Assembly (NCBI GenBank): GCA_944392655.1
Contig: CALXXL010000011.1
Coordinates: 3,924 to 67,923, forward strand
Reading direction: 5' to 3'
DNA length: 64,000 bases
DNA from: an uncultured Victivallaceae bacterium
GTDB taxonomy: Bacteria; Verrucomicrobiota; Lentisphaeria; Victivallales; Victivallaceae
The position numbers were made by a program, and so were the translations under genes. Of the stretch, positions 56,891 through 64,000 are shown in pieces; position 1 is the first letter of the stretch, and every line of letters starts with the position of its first letter. Under the pieces are notes generated by a model, which was not told where the DNA came from, did no database searches, and saw nothing but the letters and a program-made list of their open reading frames with translations.

Positions 56891-57556
56891 ATGAAAAACT
56901 ATATGATAAAAAAAGCGGTAAAACCGGTAAATTTTGCCGCATTGCTTTCCTCCGGAGTATGGGACGATGCCAATGTGGCAAAAATCGATAATTTCCGGGA
57001 AGAGAGCTCTTGTCATCACCCGGAAACAACGCTTAGAATGCTTTACAACAATGACGGCATTTTCGGCCGGTTTGAAGTAAAAGACCGTTATGTGCGTTGC
57101 GTCGCAGAAAAATTTCAGGATCCGGTCTGCCTCGACAGTTGCGTGGAACTGTTTATCGAACCCGCCGGAAATAATGGTTATATAAATTTTGAATTTTCCG
57201 GTGCCGGAGTATTTTTAAGCTCGCATATCAAAGATTCACGCCGTACAGCCGGCGGTTTTGCCGATTACAGAATGCTGACCAGTGAAGACGCTGCAGGCAT
57301 TGTCTGCGCTTCCACTCTGCCACGGAAAACCGATCCGGAAATAACCGATGATTTGACTTGGGAACTCGGTTTTTTCCTGCCTTTCACCGTTTTTGAACGG
57401 CTTGGTTTTGCGGCCCCGGAATCACAAAGCATATGGCGCGGCAATTTCTTTAAATGCGGCGATAAGACCTCCCATCCCCATTGGGCAAGCTGGAACCCCG
57501 TAGATGAACTCAATTTTCATCTGCCACGCTGTTTCAGCGAAATCATTTTTGAATAA
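56891..57556 (+). CDS. carbohydrate-binding family 9-like protein
   Basis: 221 aa. DSCVELFIEPAGNNGYINFEFSGAGV and WRGNFFKCGD resemble the CBM9/DOMON-like pattern (from memory). Confidence 0.5.
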   Translation: MKNYMIKKAVKPVNFAALLSSGVWDDANVAKIDNFREESSCHHPETTLRMLYNNDGIFGRFEVKDRYVRCVAEKFQDPVCLDSCVELFIEPAGNNGYINFEFSGAGVFLSSHIKDSRRTAGGFADYRMLTSEDAAGIVCASTLPRKTDPEITDDLTWELGFFLPFTVFERLGFAAPESQSIWRGNFFKCGDKTSHPHWASWNPVDELNFHLPRCFSEIIFE

Positions 57557-57590
57557 CTGATAAAACCGGAGGGAAAGTACGTTTGAACCG

Positions 57591-58292
57591 TCATTCGTAC
57601 TTTTCCAACGTTACTCCATCCATTTTCTGCACAAAAAAGGCCAGGTCTTCCTCTTTCCTGCGATGACGCAGACTTTTGATCATCATTGACACCCGGACAG
57701 AGTGTGGCGAATTGCGGGAAATGGAGTAATTCTCCACACTGTACCTGCCTGCCTTAATCTCAGCAAACAACTCTTCCAGCCGCTTTATCCCGTCAAGCGT
57801 CACAACCACCCGTATCAGCCGGTTATCTCCCCCAAACATCTGAGCCGCGAATTTCATAACCTCCAAACCGATCAAAGTCAATATCGTCGCCGCCAATGCC
57901 AACAGGTACATCCCTGCGCCGACGGCCAGACCTATTCCGGCCGCAGCCCATAAACCGGCAGCAGTCGTCAGACCGCGCACAAACTGCTTTTGCAATATAA
58001 TTGTCCCAGCTCCCAGAAATCCGATACCGCTGACCACTTGTGCAGCCATCCTGGCAGGATCAAATTTATCCGCCGGAAGATCGGAAAAGCCATATTTTGA
58101 GACAATCATTATTAAAGCACTGCCGAGACAGACCAGAAAATGCGTCCGTACTCCTGCACCTTTTGAGTGATACGCGCGGTCAATACCAATTACCGCCCCC
58201 ATTAATCCCGCCGCAATCAACCGCAATAAATAATCCCATTCCATCATCATATTCACTGCTCCATTCCTGTCTGACAAACTGTTATTCAGCAT
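57591..58292 (-). CDS. mgtC: MgtC/SapB family membrane protein
   Basis: LRLIAAGLMGAVIGIDRAYHSKGAGVRTHFLVCLGSALIM is the MgtC signature. Soluble ACT-like C-terminal domain. Confidence 0.85.
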   Translation of the reverse strand: MLNNSLSDRNGAVNMMMEWDYLLRLIAAGLMGAVIGIDRAYHSKGAGVRTHFLVCLGSALIMIVSKYGFSDLPADKFDPARMAAQVVSGIGFLGAGTIILQKQFVRGLTTAAGLWAAAGIGLAVGAGMYLLALAATILTLIGLEVMKFAAQMFGGDNRLIRVVVTLDGIKRLEELFAEIKAGRYSVENYSISRNSPHSVRVSMMIKSLRHRRKEEDLAFFVQKMDGVTLEKYE

Positions 58293-60117
58293 TTAATTCA
58301 CTGAATGACAATGGCTTGAACTCTTTTACCATTTTTCTGCGCATATCCGGGTCACATGAAAGATATTTCCAGCGTACAAAATCAAAGTCACACTCTCTGT
58401 AATTCTGCATCCATGGATACTTCAACCGGAATCTGATCGGATAAGACTCAAATATCCACGGTTGTTTCTCCATAAGAAGCGCAACCATTTTCTTATATAT
58501 TGCAGTACGTTCCGGTGAATCGGCCATCGGAAGTATTGTTTCAAACATCCGGTCAAACTCAGCATCCCGGAAATTTACCCGGTTGCTGCCTCCGGCATTT
58601 CCACTGTAAAAAAGCTGGAGAAAATTCTCCGCATCCGGATAATCTCCTGCCCATGAAAGCCGGAACAACTGCATCTCGCTCTGTCTTAATTTCTGAAAAA
58701 ATCTGGGCGAATTATTGAGCCGGTATTCCAATTCAATCCCGATCTTCTTCAAATCCCCCGCCATCATTTCCCCCAACTGACGATGCATAGGCGAGTTACC
58801 GTTAAGATCAAACGTCAGCTTTAATGGTGCCCCCGTCTCCGGATCAATCCCGTCCGGATAACCGGCAAGAATCATCTGCTCTTTTGCCGCTTCAACGTCG
58901 TAACGGTTATATTTATTTTGCATTTCAGGATCAAATCCGGCCACTCCGGGAGGCAGAGGGCCGGGAGCCGGAGCCATCTGCTGATTGGAATGAGCAATAC
59001 GGCTGTCCAGATTAAATGCCAGATTTATCGCCCGCCGCAAAGCAATGTTCTTACCCAACTTGGCATCATCAAAATTATATCCGATGTACTGAATCTCAAA
59101 TCCAGGCTGGCGCATCAACTCTATCCCGCGAGCAATCAATGCAGGAGCTATCGTACCGGACTTGGATAAGACCACATCCAGATTATCCTTGTCCAACCGG
59201 CTGATGTCCAGCTTGCCTTGTAAAAACAACATCCAACAGGTTAAAGGCTGACGGATGCTGTAACAAACCAGCCGGTCGGCCAGCGGTAGTTTTCTGGTAC
59301 GGTCGCTCTCTTTTTCAGCTTCCGGGAAATACTCCTCACGGAAATCCGGATAACGGTCAAAGATAATATGGTGATCCCTCAACCATTCTTTCAACATAAA
59401 TGGTCCGGAACCAACTGGATTTTCCGCAAAACCGTCACCGTAATACTCAACCGCCTTCCGTGATACTACGGCACTGCCAGGCATGGCCAGGATATAGAGG
59501 AATCGCGGATCAGGCTGTTCAAGGCAAATCTCAAACTGTCGGTCGTTCAACTTTCGTAAACCGGCAATTTCAACATCGTAAACGGAATAATCGTCTTCAG
59601 AAGCATCAAGAGTCATTGTCCGGAAGTTATCTATTCCGGCAATTTTTCCACGCACCAACCAATATGCAGAACTGTGCAGCCTGGCATCAGCCAGACGCAG
59701 TATTGAGAAAATCACATCATCGCTGGTAACTCTGCGGTCTTCAAGGTCATTGTCCCCGAAACAGCGATCAGGATGAAAATAGAGATCATCGCGCAAAGTA
59801 AAAATATAACGCTTGTAATTATCCTTTACCTCCGGCATCGTCTCCAGCATGGACGGCTTCAGAATATAAGGCCTCTTAATGTAATCATATTGCAGCAAAG
59901 TATCAAAAACCGTGGTCACTATATTACTGCTGGCCAGATCGGATGCAAGTACCGGATCCAGTGTCTTTACTCGTTCTCCGTCTGCAGTATACAGTATTAC
60001 TCCGGGAGAAGCACTTCCCTCTTTATGCTCTCCCCCGTATAAAATCCACAAGAGAACAACTGCAACGACAGCAAAAACTATCGTCAATATCAGTTTTTTT
60101 CTATCAGAATATCTCAT
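58282..60117 (-). CDS. ABC-type substrate-binding protein, family 5 (peptide/nickel type), no transporter partner in the window
   Basis: 611 aa, N-terminal TM anchor. SBP_bac_5-like motifs (TFTLRDDLYFH, GSGPFMLKEW, YIGYNF). Confidence 0.75.
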   Translation of the reverse strand: MRYSDRKKLILTIVFAVVAVVLLWILYGGEHKEGSASPGVILYTADGERVKTLDPVLASDLASSNIVTTVFDTLLQYDYIKRPYILKPSMLETMPEVKDNYKRYIFTLRDDLYFHPDRCFGDNDLEDRRVTSDDVIFSILRLADARLHSSAYWLVRGKIAGIDNFRTMTLDASEDDYSVYDVEIAGLRKLNDRQFEICLEQPDPRFLYILAMPGSAVVSRKAVEYYGDGFAENPVGSGPFMLKEWLRDHHIIFDRYPDFREEYFPEAEKESDRTRKLPLADRLVCYSIRQPLTCWMLFLQGKLDISRLDKDNLDVVLSKSGTIAPALIARGIELMRQPGFEIQYIGYNFDDAKLGKNIALRRAINLAFNLDSRIAHSNQQMAPAPGPLPPGVAGFDPEMQNKYNRYDVEAAKEQMILAGYPDGIDPETGAPLKLTFDLNGNSPMHRQLGEMMAGDLKKIGIELEYRLNNSPRFFQKLRQSEMQLFRLSWAGDYPDAENFLQLFYSGNAGGSNRVNFRDAEFDRMFETILPMADSPERTAIYKKMVALLMEKQPWIFESYPIRFRLKYPWMQNYRECDFDFVRWKYLSCDPDMRRKMVKEFKPLSFSELNAE

Positions 60118-61175
60118 TACTTGCTGAAGATCGGTGCAAGACGATCATAAGCTGTACGAATCAGACTTTCGGTTTCATCCCACGAAATACATTCATCGGT
60201 TATCGAAATATCCGGTGCCGGCTTTCCAACTGCCGGAATCTTCTGAGCCCCGGCCTGCAAATAACTTTCCAGCATTGTCCCGACAATTGCCTTTTCTCCA
60301 TTGGCAATCTGGTCAATCACATCCATAAAAGCAATTCGCTGTCTGGAGCACTGTTTTTTGGAGTTGGCATGACTGCAATCCACTACAACCACCGCCGGTT
60401 TCAATTTAGCCTTTTCCATTGCGACTTTTATGAATGCAATATGCTCAGCTCCGAAATTAGGCCCATTGCTTCCACCGCGTAAAACCACATGAGTGTAAGG
60501 ATTACCCTTGGTTCGGAAAATCCCGACATGACCATCTTCCAAAACCCCGATAAAACTGTGACGGCTGCGGGCAGAGCTTATCGCATCCAATGCAACCTGA
60601 ATACTACCGTCAGTGGCATTCTTAAATCCCACCGGCATAGAAAGACCACTGGCCATCTGGCGGTGCGTCTGTGACTCCGTGGTACGGGCGCCAATCGCCG
60701 CCCAGCTTACGGTATCAGCTATATACTGAACCAGAATAGGATCCAGTACCTCCGTGGCAACCGGCAACCCGAGTTCGACAATTTTCAGAAGCAGAGTGCG
60801 GGCCATGAATATACCGCGCTCAATATTGTATGAACCATTGATATCCGGGTCATAAATCAATCCTTTCCAGCCAACTGTACTGCGCGGCTTTTCAAAATAG
60901 GCACGCATAACAATATAGATTCGGTCACTCACCTCATCGGCTATCTTTTTAAGTTGTTTGGCATATTCAATAGCTGCAGCCGGTTCATGAATTGAACACG
61001 GTCCGACAATAATCATATGCCGTGGATCCCGACCGGTAAGAATATCTTTTACCACCTGGCGCGACTCTATCACCCGTGAAGCCGAATCAAGTGCAATCGG
61101 CAGCTCCGAGCAAACCTGCGCCGGTGAAGGCAACATGGTTAAATTTTCGATATTTACATTGGTTAATTTATTCAT
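60117..61175 (-). CDS. 3-deoxy-7-phosphoheptulonate (DAHP) synthase, class I
   Basis: IVGPCSIHE, KPRSTVGWKGL, DCSHANS motifs. 352 aa. The isozyme (aroF/G/H) cannot be assigned. Confidence 0.9.
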   Translation of the reverse strand: MNKLTNVNIENLTMLPSPAQVCSELPIALDSASRVIESRQVVKDILTGRDPRHMIIVGPCSIHEPAAAIEYAKQLKKIADEVSDRIYIVMRAYFEKPRSTVGWKGLIYDPDINGSYNIERGIFMARTLLLKIVELGLPVATEVLDPILVQYIADTVSWAAIGARTTESQTHRQMASGLSMPVGFKNATDGSIQVALDAISSARSRHSFIGVLEDGHVGIFRTKGNPYTHVVLRGGSNGPNFGAEHIAFIKVAMEKAKLKPAVVVVDCSHANSKKQCSRQRIAFMDVIDQIANGEKAIVGTMLESYLQAGAQKIPAVGKPAPDISITDECISWDETESLIRTAYDRLAPIFSK

Positions 61176-61328
61176 TTTGCAACCCCGGTTAAAATTTTTT
61201 TATTAATATATAGCAAAGGGTACTATTTTCAATATTTTCACAATAATTTTTAACCATCTCTTGATTTCAATTCCACAGAGAATTATATTTTCAAAAAAAA
61301 CGTAATCTGTACTGGTTTTCACAAATTT

Positions 61329-62969
61329 ATGAGACTGGCAACAAAATTCTCTTTATATACCGCGATTATATTTATTTTGCTGGTGGTTACCGGGGCAATC
61401 GCCTTGCTCTTCGGCATGCCTGAGCCGACAACAGAAATAAGTCATTCCGTAGAAGCACACTCTTCTTTAGGCAAATTGCATGTAGCGTGGGAGATATTGA
61501 TCAATAACCACACATTAATGGCAAAATTCATTTTTTACATAATCTCCGTAACAGGATTCGGTATCATTCTTCTTATGATGCTCAATTTGCGCCGCCTGCT
61601 GTTACGTCCGCTTCTTAAAGCAGTTGATTTTGCACTTAAACTTGCAGAAAACCAGTTCCCGCCTAAAATTGATAAGCCGGCAGGCAACAATGAAATAACT
61701 GAGCTTATTGATTCTCTGAATTTCATGCGCGACAGGCTGCAAAGTACTTTCATCAAACTGCAGACCAGCCATGAAAATGAACGCGATGCCAGATGTTCGG
61801 CAGAACTGCAGAACCAAATGAAGTCTGGCTTTATCAATTCCGCTATATCCGATTTCAACAGCGATATAGACGTCATAGACAACTATATGGAAATTTTACG
61901 AAAAAAGAGCTGTCACAATAAAGAAGATATCACTGTTTTTTCAGGGTTGCAAAAAGAATTGGCATCTCTTAAGCGCCGTATCGCTCAATTGGCGATTTTA
62001 AACTTGCTTGATTCATTCGAAAAAGAGAAAGTTGAACCGCAGAAGATTAAAAGCGCAGATTTTTTGGGCGAAGTTGTCCGGCTTAACGCCGCCCTTTTCG
62101 AGATTAGACATGTAAGAATCGAAGAAGAGTACCACTCCAGCATGCCTCCGCAGATTACCACCGATCCGGAAATTCTGAAATCTCTGTTATCAACTGTAAT
62201 ACTTACATTCGCCAATAATTCTGAAGACGGAGAAGCCTTAAAATGCAGCTGTTTCTGTCATGACAATATTATCTCCTTCTCTGTACGCGACACCAAACAA
62301 ACCAAACCACGGCAGCCATTGTTTGAGCAATATGAAAAATTCAGTTGCGGTGAACAGGATATTGCTGAAGCTGAGAAAACTTTGATTCCGCTTATTGTCA
62401 TGAACGAATGGATACGCATATTGGATGGCAGAATGGTGCTTATCAATGATAATCCAAACAGTAATCTTGAAGTTCAATTCCAGTTCAACGAATGGGATAT
62501 GGTTGATCATGATATCGCGCAGAATACCTTCTCAAGACGGTTATCAATTATTCCGGCGGCAGATCTTGCAGATGATGATTTTACTCCTTCTCCGGCAAAA
62601 ATTCTGACCGCCTGCTCAAATCATGCATATGGCTCCACCGTTAAGAAACTTCTTGAACTGGATCAGCATAAAGTACATTCTGCATCCAATATTAAGAACT
62701 TACTGCATGCTGCTGCCACAGAGAACTTTGACTTAATTATAATAGCTCTTTATATAACTAAGGATTCACTGCGGGATATTGTCCGCACCATTCATGACTG
62801 TAAATTGAATGCAAAAACACCGATTATGCTTATAACCTCAGAACCTGACTCTCTGCGCTGTGACATGCTTAAGCCTGGAGAAATTAAATATATTCTGAAG
62901 CGCCCAGTCAATTTTTCCGAATTAAGATTGATTGCCGGACGATGCAACTCCGGTGTTGATCCGTTTTAA
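61329..62969 (+). CDS. membrane HAMP-containing hybrid histidine-kinase-like protein with degenerate phosphotransfer sites
   Basis: Two TM helices, a HAMP region, a DHp-like region (FINSAISDFNSDIDVI, no His), a degenerate ATP-lid, and a receiver-like C-terminus (FDLIIIALYI, no Asp). Confidence 0.65.
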   Translation: MRLATKFSLYTAIIFILLVVTGAIALLFGMPEPTTEISHSVEAHSSLGKLHVAWEILINNHTLMAKFIFYIISVTGFGIILLMMLNLRRLLLRPLLKAVDFALKLAENQFPPKIDKPAGNNEITELIDSLNFMRDRLQSTFIKLQTSHENERDARCSAELQNQMKSGFINSAISDFNSDIDVIDNYMEILRKKSCHNKEDITVFSGLQKELASLKRRIAQLAILNLLDSFEKEKVEPQKIKSADFLGEVVRLNAALFEIRHVRIEEEYHSSMPPQITTDPEILKSLLSTVILTFANNSEDGEALKCSCFCHDNIISFSVRDTKQTKPRQPLFEQYEKFSCGEQDIAEAEKTLIPLIVMNEWIRILDGRMVLINDNPNSNLEVQFQFNEWDMVDHDIAQNTFSRRLSIIPAADLADDDFTPSPAKILTACSNHAYGSTVKKLLELDQHKVHSASNIKNLLHAAATENFDLIIIALYITKDSLRDIVRTIHDCKLNAKTPIMLITSEPDSLRCDMLKPGEIKYILKRPVNFSELRLIAGRCNSGVDPF

Positions 62970-63992
62970 GCATACACCACCACCCGGCAGGCCGATCAAT
63001 GCGATAAATACCAGTATCGGCCATACCACCATCCGGAAACGCCAGTCAAGATTGCCTGCCGGCAACAGCCAGAAGTATCCCAGAAGCAGCACTAATGCAG
63101 TCAATGCCTTGAATCTGCCGGCCAGAATCAGTTTGACAAATCCAATTATAATCAGAACAAGAACAAATCCATAACCGACAGTATATATAATGGAAACGGC
63201 AATAACAACAAATGAAGCATTGCCGAAATAATGGCTGATCGCAGCTGCAATCCCTTCTCTCCGCAATATATCCAACGTTCCCTGATTACCACAGGTTAGT
63301 CCCAGCCGTTCCCAAAGCGGTGTTATATCCGGCATCCAGAACCTCGGTAAATCCAACAGTTGGGAGTGCATAAATCCGGCAGGATGCTCAAGAATCCACT
63401 GCATTGCAAGTTTACCGGCCACTGCATCACGTTCAAACGAGTCTGGAGTGAGGTTTTCCAATGGCTTTGACAGCTCATTACGAACTTCGTCAAACGGACG
63501 GTCTTCAAGATATGATATTGCCCCGCCAACCTTATAAAAATAGTTGTAACGCCCCGAATGGGACGTATAAGCAAAATGATCAAATACACAATAGTTCCGG
63601 ACTGCCCATATTCCTGCAATCAAATTAGCCAATACAGCAAATGCCAATACTTTCCGCCATGAACATCTGGTCATGATAAGCCAAATTATTTCAACAATCC
63701 ACAAAAACAGTGCCGCCGGACGGATTGCCACTGCCACCGCCAACATCAATCCACTGTAAATCGGCATTTTACGCCGGATAAATTCAATGTTCAATAATAA
63801 GAAAAATATAAATACAATCTCGCTTAATGCCGAGCTGCTTAAAGCAATTATTCCGCCGGATAACCCCATAAATATTATCAGCCATCCGCGGGATAATCGC
63901 CATCCGGACGCACGATAGAGCATAAAAACAATTGTCATATAAAGAAAAATCAGATTAAGCCATAAATAACCTGTTTTTCCAAAAATCCGCAC
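62922..63992 (-). CDS. GT-C fold membrane glycosyltransferase-like protein (ArnT/PMT_2-like), probably 5'-partial
   Basis: Multi-pass membrane protein. VRNYCVFDHFAYTSHSGRYNYFYKVG resembles the PMT_2-family motif. The ORF start lies 8 nt from the window edge, so the N-terminus may be missing. Confidence 0.45.
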   Translation of the reverse strand: MRIFGKTGYLWLNLIFLYMTIVFMLYRASGWRLSRGWLIIFMGLSGGIIALSSSALSEIVFIFFLLLNIEFIRRKMPIYSGLMLAVAVAIRPAALFLWIVEIIWLIMTRCSWRKVLAFAVLANLIAGIWAVRNYCVFDHFAYTSHSGRYNYFYKVGGAISYLEDRPFDEVRNELSKPLENLTPDSFERDAVAGKLAMQWILEHPAGFMHSQLLDLPRFWMPDITPLWERLGLTCGNQGTLDILRREGIAAAISHYFGNASFVVIAVSIIYTVGYGFVLVLIIIGFVKLILAGRFKALTALVLLLGYFWLLPAGNLDWRFRMVVWPILVFIALIGLPGGGVCLKRINTGVASSGNQS

Positions 63993-64000
63993 AGCTACAG

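Noticed and set aside
1-64000. Search by eye for tRNA, rRNA, integrase, transposase, phage genes, and T6SS (Hcp/VgrG/PAAR) or CdiB delivery genes
   Set aside because: None were recognised in any ORF translation or intergenic region, so no such feature is reported. A tRNAscan, Infernal or HMM run would be needed to be certain.

Overview
The window has two parts that differ sharply. (1) Positions ~1-25750 form an AT-rich accessory island. Single 60-nt lines spot-count at ~27-35% GC here against ~45-50% further on; I did not compute this properly. All genes are on the + strand, about 40 small ORFs, and almost all are TM-anchored, lipoprotein or Sec-signal proteins with no housekeeping signature. 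The island is organised as promoter-led cassettes. I found seven near-consensus sigma-70 promoters sharing the same extended -10 (TATGATATACT or TATAAT). Four of them sit inside a repeated junction module: hairpin terminator, AGCATT dyad, promoter, then a ~50-nt leader that is the first codons of an Rhs C-terminal tip. Only the first cassette still carries a toxin (end of the RHS repeat-associated core plus a variable C-terminal domain, 836-1834), followed by a lipoprotein immunity candidate. Other cassettes keep only toxin scars in front of immunity-like genes. There are many paralog sets with mosaic identity. I read this as an orphan toxin/immunity, integron-like interbacterial-defence array, similar to the rAID clusters of Bacteroidales. 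No recombinase is visible in the window. (2) Positions ~25800-64000 are core genome. They hold an 11-gene type II secretion operon (L-M-C-D-E-F-G-H-I-J-K order, lipoprotein secretin, pseudopilins lacking the -1 Gly, no prepilin peptidase), ligA and a GAF-type sigma-54 activator. They also hold a gltB-gltD-dapF-dapL operon facing glnN (type III GS), both with sigma-54 -24/-12 elements. The remaining genes are purF, aspS, mgtC, an orphan family-5 SBP, DAHP synthase, a hybrid histidine kinase that appears to have lost all its phosphotransfer residues, and a partial GT-C membrane glycosyltransferase. I recognised no tRNA, rRNA, CRISPR, transposase or integrase. All family calls rest on motifs recalled from memory; no database search was possible.
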